DNA of 63,210 nt from Rickettsiales bacterium (GTDB lineage Bacteria > Pseudomonadota > Alphaproteobacteria > Rickettsiales > UBA1997), in NCBI GenBank assembly GCA_044360285.1, contig JBIKKP010000002.1, forward strand, positions 1 through 63,210. Reading direction: 5' to 3'. Positions within the stretch are counted from its first letter, which is position 1; every line of letters begins with the position of its first letter. Below the pieces are notes generated by a model. That model saw only the letters and a list, made by a program, of their open reading frames with translations, was not told where the DNA came from and did not search any database. A program made the position numbers and the translations under genes. Below, piece by piece: positions 45,272-55,176 of the stretch.

Positions 45272-46816
45272 TTACTTCTTTTTCCACGCACTAAAAACCA
45301 AAACCAAGCTCAGCAGCAAAACCAAAATTAATAAAGGCTTAAACCCATAAAGTTGATAAAGCGTTGGCGAAGAATTTACTTTTACTTCCACGTCAATCAC
45401 CGCCTCTTCATGCAACTCAGTTTTAGCAACAATATCACCAACCGAATCAAATAAAGCGCTCACACCACTTCCCGCAACGCGAATCAAAGGAATTCCATAT
45501 TCTACCGCACGCATTCTGGCCATATCGAAATGTTGATATGGGCCGGTGCTTTTGCCAAACCAAGCATCGTTGGTAAGATTTACAAAAAAATCTGGTGCAG
45601 CTTTCGCATCCAAAACTTCGCTCGAAAAAATCGCCTCATAACAAATTAGTGGACCAGCAGAAAATCGGCCAAAATCCACTGTTTTAGCACCATCACCGAC
45701 AGCAAATCCCTCGCCACCACCAGTAATTTTATCAATAAAAGGAAAGAATTTTTGCAGCGGAACATATTCACCAAAAGGCACAAGATGTTGCTTATCATAG
45801 CTTTTCACCACGCCTTTTTCATCAAAAACAAAAACGCTGTTCCAAAATTTTTGCGAAAGATCTTCTGATTCCATACGCAAAGCGCCGGTGATTAAAAAAC
45901 CTTGTGGCGGGACTGCCAAAGTCAATTTAGAGAGAAGTTCTGGATTATCGTCAACGATATAAGGCACAGAGGTTTCTGACCAAACCACCAAATCAACCTC
46001 TTCCAAACTTTTTGAATTAGTCAGAGCGATATGCTTTAAAAAATTTTCATAACGCGTTTTTGGATCCCATTTTAACTCTTGCTTAACATTGGCTTGAACA
46101 AGGCGGGCCGTGGCTTTTGGCCGTGCTTCGTTTTTTTTGTCAGCGATATTTTTAGCACCAAAAGCAAAAGCAAAAATTAACACCAGCAACAAACAACTGG
46201 CAAAAATCTTATCATCAAAAGCCGGTTTTTTGAGTTGAAACTTGTTAAGAAATAAAGCTGGAGAAAGCGAAACAAAAAGCGCTAGAAGGCTCAGGCCGTA
46301 AACCCCGAAGACCGAAGCTGTTTGCAGAAATTCCTGGTTAAACATCCAAGCATAGCCAAGTAAGTTCCACGGAAATCCGCTGAAAAGCGTGGCGCGCAAA
46401 GCTTCAAAAAAAATCCACAGCAACGAAAAAAGCAGAATTTTTTGGTAAGTTTTTTGCAGAAAAAACTTTGTGCAAAAGAAATGATAACTGAGCGCAAACA
46501 GCGCCAAATAAAGTGCCAGAGCTGCTGGAATTAAAGTCAGAGCAAAAGGAATAAGCCAGGCAAACTGCTTTGCATCAACCAGAAGAGCAATTGAGATCCA
46601 ATAAATTCCACACAAAAAATGTCCAAAGCCAAAATAAAATCCGCGCCAAAAAGCCGCTTTTTTCTGCTTTGCTTCAGCAAGTAAGAAGAAGAAAAATGTC
46701 AGCGAAAAAATTATTGCTAAGAAAAAGTGAAACGGCGCAAAAGCAAGAGCTCCAAGACTTCCAGCCAGGAAAGCAAAAAGGTTATTTTTCTTTTCTGACG
46801 TAAAATTCAAAATCAT
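45272..46816 (-). CDS. lnt: Apolipoprotein N-acyltransferase
   Basis: I moved the start to ATG 46816 ('MILNFTSEKKNNLFAFLAGSLGALAFAP'). The N-half is multi-TM. The CN-hydrolase domain has 'VVWSETSVP' and 'LICYEAIF'. Confidence 0.88.
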   Translation of the reverse strand: MILNFTSEKKNNLFAFLAGSLGALAFAPFHFFLAIIFSLTFFFFLLAEAKQKKAAFWRGFYFGFGHFLCGIYWISIALLVDAKQFAWLIPFALTLIPAALALYLALFALSYHFFCTKFFLQKTYQKILLFSLLWIFFEALRATLFSGFPWNLLGYAWMFNQEFLQTASVFGVYGLSLLALFVSLSPALFLNKFQLKKPAFDDKIFASCLLLVLIFAFAFGAKNIADKKNEARPKATARLVQANVKQELKWDPKTRYENFLKHIALTNSKSLEEVDLVVWSETSVPYIVDDNPELLSKLTLAVPPQGFLITGALRMESEDLSQKFWNSVFVFDEKGVVKSYDKQHLVPFGEYVPLQKFFPFIDKITGGGEGFAVGDGAKTVDFGRFSAGPLICYEAIFSSEVLDAKAAPDFFVNLTNDAWFGKSTGPYQHFDMARMRAVEYGIPLIRVAGSGVSALFDSVGDIVAKTELHEEAVIDVEVKVNSSPTLYQLYGFKPLLILVLLLSLVLVFSAWKKK

Positions 46817-48818
46817 ATAAAATGGTTTTTGTTGAAGGTGGCAGAGAATCAAAAATGTCTTTTTTCTCGTTGTTAAAGAGTTCGTTTTTCACCGGATTTT
46901 TTCTTTCCTGATAAATTTTTACCTCATTTTCAAAGCGGAAATTCTGCAAAAAATAATCGCGAAAATCTCGGTCACGAAGGTAATACTCAAGATGACTAAC
47001 CAGGCAAGAATTTCCAGTATCTAGCGCAGATTTTATTTTGTTGAAAATCACAATTTTTACCCGCGGATTTTTTATCTGAAGACGAAGGTCTTCAAACAAA
47101 TAATCATTCACAAAAAAAGCACCGCGATCGCTGCTTGGAAAAAGCCATTGTTGTGAAATGGCTGCAGCTGAGGCATTGATTGTGGTTAGATGAGGTTTCT
47201 GGTAATTGGTTTTTTCCAAATAATTTAACATTGGAAATTGGTCTGCAATCAGTGTTGAAACCATCAAAATGCCGTCATCTTTCTTTGGCGCATAGTTTTT
47301 TGCGTAGTAAATATAGGCATCAGAAAACTTATTAGGATGAGTCCAGGTTTGACTGCGAGTCACCGCATCAACAACGCTGCCCACATAGGCATAAAGCAAA
47401 GTAGAAACCGAGGTAAAAATTACAAAAACGAAGAAAGGTGAAAAAACTTGCGAAACACGACTAAAGATTCTTAGTTCAAAGAAGAATAGCGCAATAAAAA
47501 GCAGAAAAAGATCGTAGGCAATCAACGGCCATCCGCCTAGATATTTCAATACTGCAACAGCAATTGCAGCAAGTAAAAAATAGCAAAGAAAAAACAGAAA
47601 AATTCTTTTTTTGGAAAAGAATTTTTTTCTCTCAAATTCATCCAATTTTTTGGCAAAAATGAATGGATAAGTCAGCGCTAAAATCCAAAACATATTGATA
47701 AAACCACCCAGGCCAAAAATCATCACCGGCAAAACATCAAGATCAAAAGGCGGCAAAAAAAGCAGCGCACAAATTATAAATTTATTCTCACTAAAAATTA
47801 TTTTTTTTGAGCAAAACAAATCGAAACCAATTTTAAAAAAGCACAAAGTTGAAATGGCATAAAAAACAGCAACTTGGTCAATGCTGCCAATGCTTTCCAA
47901 AATACAAACGAGAGCTGATGCCAAGAAAAACGCGAGCAGAACCTGATCATCGCGACCAAATTTCAATCGCGAAAAAACTAAGAAAATAAAAGAATAAGGC
48001 AAAATTCTTGCCGCAAGATGTGTAAAAAGATTATCGAAGAAGACCTTGATGTTGTCGTAAGGGCCATAGGTTTTTGGCCACATCACTACAATAAATTCAA
48101 AAAATTCTGGCGTGAATTTGATCATCAAATTCAGATAAATTCCGCCAATAAAAAGCATCAGCAGCTTATCGATTTGCAGAAAAAATTTCGGTGATTTTTT
48201 TTGCCAAAAAAATTGCAAAATTTCGGCAAAGATAATGAAGATAAGGTAATGAGGCTTAAGGCACGGAATCAATCCCATCAGACTTCCGCGCGCTATAAAA
48301 TCTTTTTTAGTGAGGACAATTTTTCGCTCAAAAGAATAAGCGATATAGGGATAAAGCAGAATCAGAAGAAGGCTGGTTTTTGTGCCAAATTCACCATTTT
48401 GAATTGCATTTGGACGCAGAAAAAATCCAACAAAAAAGCTGAGTAAAACTAGATTAAAATGCGCCGGATTTTTAGAAATCTCACTAACCTGCAAAATTTT
48501 TCCTGACCAAAAAATCGACAGCAACGCAAGAAGATTTATGATAATTTCTGCAAGAATTATCGAATTGACGTAAAACAGGCTAGATGCTTTGTATTCAAAG
48601 GCGTAGAGCCAAAATGAAAGGGGGAAATTACTCTCAAAAAAATCACGATAATATCTACCGCCATCGGCAACTTTTTTTCCCAAATCAAGATAGGCTCCGC
48701 TATCAGAACCAATATCAATTGTTGAACGAAGAAAAATACTGAGCGCAAAAACTAGAGTACAAAAAACAAGTAAAAAACTTTGGCTTTCAAGGAATTTTTT
48801 TACTTTATTTTCGAACAT
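46782..48818 (-). CDS. Polytopic membrane protein, GT-C-fold (ArnT/PMT-like) glycosyltransferase candidate, paralogue 2
   Basis: I moved the start to ATG 48818, which has GGAGG upstream. More than 10 TM helices. The first loop 'DIGSDSGAYLDLGKKVADGGRYYRDFFESNFPLSF' parallels the upstream paralogue. A soluble C-terminal ~200 aa follows. Confidence 0.45.
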   Translation of the reverse strand: MFENKVKKFLESQSFLLVFCTLVFALSIFLRSTIDIGSDSGAYLDLGKKVADGGRYYRDFFESNFPLSFWLYAFEYKASSLFYVNSIILAEIIINLLALLSIFWSGKILQVSEISKNPAHFNLVLLSFFVGFFLRPNAIQNGEFGTKTSLLLILLYPYIAYSFERKIVLTKKDFIARGSLMGLIPCLKPHYLIFIIFAEILQFFWQKKSPKFFLQIDKLLMLFIGGIYLNLMIKFTPEFFEFIVVMWPKTYGPYDNIKVFFDNLFTHLAARILPYSFIFLVFSRLKFGRDDQVLLAFFLASALVCILESIGSIDQVAVFYAISTLCFFKIGFDLFCSKKIIFSENKFIICALLFLPPFDLDVLPVMIFGLGGFINMFWILALTYPFIFAKKLDEFERKKFFSKKRIFLFFLCYFLLAAIAVAVLKYLGGWPLIAYDLFLLFIALFFFELRIFSRVSQVFSPFFVFVIFTSVSTLLYAYVGSVVDAVTRSQTWTHPNKFSDAYIYYAKNYAPKKDDGILMVSTLIADQFPMLNYLEKTNYQKPHLTTINASAAAISQQWLFPSSDRGAFFVNDYLFEDLRLQIKNPRVKIVIFNKIKSALDTGNSCLVSHLEYYLRDRDFRDYFLQNFRFENEVKIYQERKNPVKNELFNNEKKDIFDSLPPSTKTILYDFEFYVRKEK

Positions 48819-50790
48819 AAACCTCCACGTCGCGCTCAATGATTTCAGACTTTCCGCCTGATTCGTATTTTTCGTCTTCACCAAAAAACTTTATCTGCTT
48901 TTCTGCTACCCTCACCTGCAAAATGCGCGTAAGAAATTTGTAATTTTGCAGAAAATTTTGCCGAAATTCTTCATTAGAAAAATTATTTTCTAGCACGCCA
49001 ACATGACAATTTGCATCTTCAAAAGCGTAAGTTTTTTCGACAAAAACTAACTTTGTTTTATCGCTGGAAAGCTGCAAATTTAAGGACCGCAGCGCATATT
49101 CTTTAATTTTAAAATCTTGGCTTTTGTCGCTAGAAAATAACCAAGAAAATTCTGCAAAAGCGTTGTCATTTTTTTTGCCTGCGTAAGTTCTAAAAGGATA
49201 AGAACCAGGAATTGCATAAGAAATTATCGCCACATTCTCGTCATTTTTTACGTAATTTTTTGATAGTTGCATCATCGCCTCATTAGCAAAATTTGGCGAT
49301 TTGTAAAAACTATCGCCATCCAAAATCGCTGAGATTTGTAAAAATAAAAACCGCGCCAAGATAATAAAGACGCAGCATGCACTTAGATTGTTTAATTCTT
49401 TTTTTCCGCTTTTTTTCTGATAAAAAATCACCAAAGCGGCAAAAATTATTAGCGACAAAATCAGCGCAAAATCACTTAGACCGGGAATAAAAAAGGCCCA
49501 GATATTTAATGCCAAAAGCAATATAAACGCCGCCCATTTTAACGAATTTTTTTGTAGAAAATCTTGTCGCAAAAATAAAATAAAAACTGGCCAGAAAGCA
49601 GTAATATCAAGAGATAAGTTAAATAAACTTTCACCATCAAACTGAAAAATAAAAAAGATTGGCAACGCAAAAAACCAAACTTTTTTCCAAACAAAAAATT
49701 GATTTTTTTGTGCAAAAAAAATCAGCAAAAAAACCAACGGCAAAGCCAGAGAATAAAGAACAAAAATCTGATCTAGAGCATAAATTATTTCTAAAATAAT
49801 CATCAGCGTGGCAGCAAAAAAACTAACCAAAAGTTTCTGCAAAATTTCTTCTTTTTTGACTAAATCGAAAAGCAAAAAAATTAAAAAAAACGGGCAAAAA
49901 AGATTATCTATAATCAAATATCTAACCACGCTTTTAGCTTTGTGGTAGTAGGACCCATACACTTCTATTAAGTGCAAAACATATTCATTAAAACAGCAAA
50001 AAAGCAGCAAAAAATATCCAAGCAAAAAGAACAGCGCGACAAAATTTCTTAGACAAAAAATCGCTAAAAAATTCCGTTTTTTTATCAGATTAAAAATCTC
50101 GAAACAGATTACAAAAATTCCATATTGCGGCTTCAGGCAAAAAAGTGCCGCGGCCAAAATTCCAATCAGAATTTGATCAATTTTTTGCAGAGATTTTTCG
50201 TCACGAATCTGGTAAGAGATATAAGGAAAAAGCAGCAACAAAAGCAGGCTAGACTTGGTGCCAAACTCGTTAAAAGGAAGTGTAAAAAAGCGTAAGAAAA
50301 ATCCGCAGGCAAAAGAAAAAATGAGCAGATTTAAAATTCTGCGATCAACAACAAGACGAGCTTTGACAAGAATTTTGTAAGAAAAATAAAGCGAAAAAAT
50401 TCCTAAAAAATTGAGTAAAATTTCGTAAGAAATTATTGTATTTAGCGAAAAAAACTTTGCCAAAATTTGCGCCACAACCGCAATAATAAAGGCGAAAGGA
50501 AGATTTGGTTCGTAGAAATTTTCATAATATCTTCCACCCAAAAGCATCTTGTCTGCGATCTCTAAATAAAGCGCAGAATCATGGCCAAAATCACGATTTG
50601 AGCGCAAGAAAAGGCTAAGCGAAACAACAAAAGCAACCGAAAAAAACGTAAAAGACTTCGCTGCAATAACGCGCTCAAAAAACGCAAAAAAATTGCCAGT
50701 TTTTTGCAACAAAAATTTTTCCAATTTTTGTCCAAGAATCAGCCTTGTTTCTTCAATATTTTTTTGGATTTCTAAAAAATCTAATTTCAT
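48805..50790 (-). CDS. Polytopic membrane protein, GT-C-fold (ArnT/PMT-like) glycosyltransferase candidate, paralogue 1
   Basis: 661 aa. 'DFGHDSALYLEIADKMLLGGRYYENFYEPNLPFAF' in the first loop. The architecture matches 46782-48818. Confidence 0.45.
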   Translation of the reverse strand: MKLDFLEIQKNIEETRLILGQKLEKFLLQKTGNFFAFFERVIAAKSFTFFSVAFVVSLSLFLRSNRDFGHDSALYLEIADKMLLGGRYYENFYEPNLPFAFIIAVVAQILAKFFSLNTIISYEILLNFLGIFSLYFSYKILVKARLVVDRRILNLLIFSFACGFFLRFFTLPFNEFGTKSSLLLLLLFPYISYQIRDEKSLQKIDQILIGILAAALFCLKPQYGIFVICFEIFNLIKKRNFLAIFCLRNFVALFFLLGYFLLLFCCFNEYVLHLIEVYGSYYHKAKSVVRYLIIDNLFCPFFLIFLLFDLVKKEEILQKLLVSFFAATLMIILEIIYALDQIFVLYSLALPLVFLLIFFAQKNQFFVWKKVWFFALPIFFIFQFDGESLFNLSLDITAFWPVFILFLRQDFLQKNSLKWAAFILLLALNIWAFFIPGLSDFALILSLIIFAALVIFYQKKSGKKELNNLSACCVFIILARFLFLQISAILDGDSFYKSPNFANEAMMQLSKNYVKNDENVAIISYAIPGSYPFRTYAGKKNDNAFAEFSWLFSSDKSQDFKIKEYALRSLNLQLSSDKTKLVFVEKTYAFEDANCHVGVLENNFSNEEFRQNFLQNYKFLTRILQVRVAEKQIKFFGEDEKYESGGKSEIIERDVEVYVRK

Positions 50791-50863
50791 CTGAGTGCTT
50801 GAAATTTAAGGCATACACAGGCATAAGCTTTAGAAACAATTTCATAAAAAAATTTTTATAAAA

Positions 50864-52354
50864 ATGACTAAATCAATAACAGTTGCCTATGGTGATGGCA
50901 TCGGTCCTGAAATCATGGAAAGCACTTTGGAAATCCTGCGCGAAGCCAAAGCCGACATAAAAATAAACATCATCGAAGTTGGAAAGAAAATTTACGAAAA
51001 AGGCTTTAACTCAGGGCTAATGCCTTCGGCTTGGGACGAGATAAACTCAAGTCGTGTGCTGCTTAAGGCTCCAATCACAACTCCACAAGGCGGCGGCTAT
51101 AAAAGCCTTAACGTCACCATGCGAAAAAAGCTTGGACTGTTTGCAAACCTACGCCCCGTTGCTTCTTTCCACCCTTTTGTTGCCACAAATTTTCCAAAAA
51201 TGGATGTTGTGATTGTGCGCGAAAATGAGGAAGATCTATATGCCGGCATTGAATATCGCCAGACCGATCAGACTTACGAATGTTTGAAACTAGTGACTCG
51301 AGAAGGTTGCGAAAAAATCGTTCGTTTTGCGTTTGAATATGCAATCAACAATAATCGCAAAAAAGTCACCTGCTTTTCGAAAGACAATATCATGAAAATG
51401 ACCGACGGGATTTTTCACAAAACTTTCGATGAAATCGCCAAAGAATATCCACAAATTACCACCGATCACTACATCGTAGACATAGGCGCAGCAAGGCTTG
51501 CGGCTAAGCCAGAAATTTTTGATGTCATCGTCACCATGAATCTTTACGGCGATATAATTTCTGACATTGCCGCAGAAATTTCTGGCTCAGTTGGCCTTGC
51601 TGGTTCAGCAAATATCGGGGCAAATCACGCAATGTTTGAAGCAATTCACGGATCAGCTCCCGACATTGCCGAAAAAGACATGGCCAATCCAAGCGGCTTA
51701 ATTCAAGCTGCGGTGATGATGTTGATTCACTTAGGGCAAACCGAAACCGCTGCTAAAATTCGCAACGCACTTTACAAAACTTTGGAAGATGGAATTCACA
51801 CCGCCGACATTTTTAACGAAAAAAACAGTAAAGAAAAAGTTGGAACGAAACAGTTCACCAAAGCAGTAATTGCAAGGCTTGGACAAAAACCGCAGCAGCT
51901 TCCTGAGTTGTCTTCTGTTGTGCAAAAACAACAAACTCCGCAAACAAAACCAGCAGCAAGCAGCAAAAAACCAGAAACAAAATCTTTGATTGGTTTCGAT
52001 TTATTCATTGATTGGCCACAAGAATTTGAGCAGCTTTTGAACTTACTTGAAACGGCCGAAAGTGAAAAATTCGAGATTAAAATGATCAGCGCCAAAGGCC
52101 TTTTGCTGTGGCCGCTACTCGACTTACACATGATGCCAAACTACAACAAAGGCCTTACTGTTTTGCGTTTTATTGGCAAAGGAATTACTGGAAAAAATAG
52201 TCACGACATAATCGATGCCAACAAAACCATCCAACATCAAGACATTGTGGCAATGCTTTCAACTCTGGCGCAAAAACAGCTCGACTTCGTGAAATATGAA
52301 GGACTCTATCTGTTTGACGGCAAGCCGCAATATACCTCGGGCCAAGGAGAATAA
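50864..52354 (+). CDS. icd: Isocitrate dehydrogenase, Rickettsia-type (IPMDH/IDH3-like core plus ~150-aa C-terminal extension)
   Basis: 496 aa. 'ITVAYGDGIGPEIM', 'LFANLRPV', 'VIVRENEEDLYAG' and 'NLYGDIISD' are beta-decarboxylating dehydrogenase motifs. The core is followed by a Q/P/K-rich linker and an extra domain. Confidence 0.85.
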   Translation: MTKSITVAYGDGIGPEIMESTLEILREAKADIKINIIEVGKKIYEKGFNSGLMPSAWDEINSSRVLLKAPITTPQGGGYKSLNVTMRKKLGLFANLRPVASFHPFVATNFPKMDVVIVRENEEDLYAGIEYRQTDQTYECLKLVTREGCEKIVRFAFEYAINNNRKKVTCFSKDNIMKMTDGIFHKTFDEIAKEYPQITTDHYIVDIGAARLAAKPEIFDVIVTMNLYGDIISDIAAEISGSVGLAGSANIGANHAMFEAIHGSAPDIAEKDMANPSGLIQAAVMMLIHLGQTETAAKIRNALYKTLEDGIHTADIFNEKNSKEKVGTKQFTKAVIARLGQKPQQLPELSSVVQKQQTPQTKPAASSKKPETKSLIGFDLFIDWPQEFEQLLNLLETAESEKFEIKMISAKGLLLWPLLDLHMMPNYNKGLTVLRFIGKGITGKNSHDIIDANKTIQHQDIVAMLSTLAQKQLDFVKYEGLYLFDGKPQYTSGQGE

Positions 52355-52398
52355 GTCCAAAGAAAAAGGTCGGGAAAATAAACTAAAATTCAGCGCAA

Positions 52399-53655
52399 AT
52401 GACTGGAATAAATTACGATAAAATTTTTAGTGTAATTGAGAAAACCTTGGCCAGTCCAAGCCTTTATTTTCAGTCACTTTCGCTGATTTTATGCTTTGTA
52501 ATTTCTTACTATCTTTACCAAATAATCCGCAAATTTTTTTCGCTAAAAGAGTCGAAGAAAAACGCTGATTTCAATAAACTCGCCACACGCTACATTTTTC
52601 CACTGCTTTATCCAGCCCTGACTTTGTCCCTACTCTCGCTTGGCTTAGTGGTCTATCTACAATTTTTCAAAGAAGCGATTTTGATTTCGACAACAATCAA
52701 ATTTTTGACGTTATTTTTGTTTTTGCGCTTCATGCGAATTTCGTCAAAAAGCACCTTCATTGCTAACGCTATTGGCTTTGTTTTAATGCCGGCTTTGATC
52801 TTGCATATCTTCGACATGCTGCCGATGGCAATTGAATATCTTGACTCTCTATCTTTCGTTATTGGTTCAATAAAAATCTCGCTCTACCTTGTAATTAAAG
52901 CCTTCATCGTTGCCCTAACCGTTTTTTGGTTGGCCAGTTTAATCAGCAAAAAAAGCCGCAACTACATCGAAAAAAATCGCGAAATTCAGTCGAACACCAA
53001 AGGCATCATCATTAAATTCGTCGACATTCTCATCTATACCGGCGTCATCATAATTTTGTTAAAAACTTTTGGTGTAGACATGACAGCCTTTGCAGTTGTA
53101 GGCGGCGCAATTGGTGTTGGAATTGGATTTGGTCTGCAAAAAATTGCCTCAAACTTCATCAGCGGCATCATTTTGCTTTTTGAAAAATCAGTTGAGATCG
53201 GCGATTTGATCGAACTTGAAAATGGCAACATGGGCAAAATCAAACGCTTCAGCGGTCGATACACCTTGCTTGAAATGCTCGACGGCAAAGAAATTTTTAT
53301 GCCAAATGAAGATCTAATCACTGGCAAGGTAATCAATTGGACCCACACCAACAGCCAAGGCCGTGTCGAAATTAACCTTGGCGTTGCTTACGGTTCAGAC
53401 CTTGAGTTTGTAAAGCAAACCATGATTAGCTGCGCAAAGTCACATCCAAAATGTTTACTTGAGCCAGAAATTGAATGCTTCGTCACCGAATTTTCTGATT
53501 TTGATATAAAATTCACCCTATACTTCTGGATCGCCGATATGGTTGAAGGAAGAGCCGCCCCAAAAAGCGATGTATTGATAAAAATCTGGCAAGAATTCGA
53601 GAAACACGAAATCAAAATTCCGCTACCGCAACGTGAAGTGAGGATCAGGGACTAG
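52399..53655 (+). CDS. Mechanosensitive ion channel (MscS family) protein
   Basis: 418 aa and multi-TM. The pore helix and beta-domain segment is 'GGAIGVGIGFGLQKIASNFISGIILLFEKSVEIGDLIEL'. Confidence 0.85.
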   Translation: MTGINYDKIFSVIEKTLASPSLYFQSLSLILCFVISYYLYQIIRKFFSLKESKKNADFNKLATRYIFPLLYPALTLSLLSLGLVVYLQFFKEAILISTTIKFLTLFLFLRFMRISSKSTFIANAIGFVLMPALILHIFDMLPMAIEYLDSLSFVIGSIKISLYLVIKAFIVALTVFWLASLISKKSRNYIEKNREIQSNTKGIIIKFVDILIYTGVIIILLKTFGVDMTAFAVVGGAIGVGIGFGLQKIASNFISGIILLFEKSVEIGDLIELENGNMGKIKRFSGRYTLLEMLDGKEIFMPNEDLITGKVINWTHTNSQGRVEINLGVAYGSDLEFVKQTMISCAKSHPKCLLEPEIECFVTEFSDFDIKFTLYFWIADMVEGRAAPKSDVLIKIWQEFEKHEIKIPLPQREVRIRD

Positions 53656-53691
53656 GCTAGAGAGCGGCTAGAGAGCGATCTGCAAACTTAT

Positions 53692-53780
53692 TTGCTCGAT
53701 GCTGGGCGTGGTTTGCAACCGCGCCCACTCGGAAAAACAATGTTCATCAAAGCCTCCTTTGAAAAAGGAGGCTTTGATGA
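53692..53780. repeat. Family-2 element plus family-2b hairpin between mscS-like and secF 3' ends
   Basis: TTGCTCGATGCT GGGCGTGGTTTGCAACCGCGCCC ... AATGTTCATC AAAGCCTCCTTTgaaAAAGGAGGCTTT GATGA. Confidence 0.85.
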
Positions 53781-53784
53781 GCAA

Positions 53785-54696
53785 CTACTTCTCCTTCTTC
53801 CGAGGATCAAAATAAAGCAGGATCGGCGCTGAAATATAGATCGAAGAATAAGTTCCAACCGCAATTCCAAAGAAGGTCGCAGCAGAAAAGCTAAACAAAG
53901 CTTCGCCGCCATAAATCATCAAAGCCAAAACCGACACCAAGGTCACGCTCGAAATCAACACAGTTCTGCTTAGAGTTGAATTGATGCTTGAATTAATCAG
54001 CTGCGACAAATTCATCTTTTTGTGACGATGCAAATTCTCGCGGATGCGGTCATAAATCACCACCGAGTCATTGATTGAATAGCCAATAATCGTCAGCACC
54101 GCCGCAATTGAAGTGACGTTAAATTCGATGCCGCTGAATGAATAAAATCCAAGCGTCAACACTGCATCATGCAGCAAAGCAAAAATGCCACCAAGGCCGA
54201 ACTGCCAATCGAAACGCACCCACAAATAAATCATCAAAAAAGCAAAGGACAAAACCAGTGCCATCACCCCTTTCATGATCAGTTCGGCGCCAATTTGCGG
54301 TCCAACATAGTCAACTTTGCGATATTCAACTTCGCCAAAATTTGTCGCTAAAATTTCCTGAATTTTTTTAACCAAAACGCTTTGTTCTTCATCACTTTTG
54401 GCAACGCGAATTAGAAAATCACTGCCATCAACATTTTGAATTTGTACGTCTTTAATGTCGGCAGAAACAAGTTCGCGAACCTTAGAAACATCTGGGTTGG
54501 AAGCGATGCGCGCTTCCACCAAAATTCCACCGGCGAAATCAATTCCGAAATTTAATCCGCGCACGCCAACTAAAATAATTGATCCCAAAATGCAGACAAC
54601 CGACATGAAAAGCGCCAACTTATGAACCTTCATGAAGTCAATATGGGCGTGGCTTAAGCCATTACGAAGCGAAGATAAAATTTTCATTTTAAACAA
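53785..54696 (-). CDS. secF: Protein translocase subunit SecF
   Basis: 303 aa. 'LNFGIDFAGG' and six TM helices typical of SecF. No secD is adjacent. Confidence 0.9.
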   Translation of the reverse strand: MFKMKILSSLRNGLSHAHIDFMKVHKLALFMSVVCILGSIILVGVRGLNFGIDFAGGILVEARIASNPDVSKVRELVSADIKDVQIQNVDGSDFLIRVAKSDEEQSVLVKKIQEILATNFGEVEYRKVDYVGPQIGAELIMKGVMALVLSFAFLMIYLWVRFDWQFGLGGIFALLHDAVLTLGFYSFSGIEFNVTSIAAVLTIIGYSINDSVVIYDRIRENLHRHKKMNLSQLINSSINSTLSRTVLISSVTLVSVLALMIYGGEALFSFSAATFFGIAVGTYSSIYISAPILLYFDPRKKEK

Positions 54697-54710
54697 ATTT
54701 TGGTCACAAA

Positions 54711-54749
54711 AAAACCTCGCAAAACTGCGAAGTTTTTTGCGAGGTTTTT
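54711..54749 (-). terminator. Rho-independent terminator downstream of rpsT
   Basis: AAAACCTCGCAAAA / TTTTGCGAGGTTTT stem. On the minus strand it is followed by a T-run. Confidence 0.65.
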
Positions 54750-54799
54750 AGTTTCTAATTTAGCGCCAAGCCAGCATTGATGCGGCTTTGCAAGCATAA

Positions 54800-55066
54800 T
54801 TATTTTTTAATTTTTTTGATTGCCGCTGAAAGTCTGCTCAATTTTCTTGATGCAGTATTGAGCTTAATAACGTTCTTAGAAACGCCACTCATGATTTCTG
54901 GCTGTAGAGCTTTCAAAGCTTCATTAGCTTTTGCTGCATCATTTGCTTTGATCGCATCATCAACTTTTCTTGCGAATGTTCTGATACGATTCTTTCTTGA
55001 ATTGTTAATTTCTTTTTTAGCAGCACTAGAGCGAAGGGCCTTCTGAGCCGATTTTGTATTAGCCAT
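54800..55066 (-). CDS. rpsT: 30S ribosomal protein S20
   Basis: I moved the start to ATG 55066 ('MANTKSAQKALRSSAAK'). It is a basic 88-aa protein. Confidence 0.9.
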   Translation of the reverse strand: MANTKSAQKALRSSAAKKEINNSRKNRIRTFARKVDDAIKANDAAKANEALKALQPEIMSGVSKNVIKLNTASRKLSRLSAAIKKIKK

Positions 55067-55176
55067 TTTTGACTGAAATTTTATTGGAAAGTTCAAAAAC
55101 CCGCTTGAAACCTTGATTCAATTGATCCCACAGGCGAGTAAAGAGGCGGCGCAACCTATGAATCGAAATCAAATTA

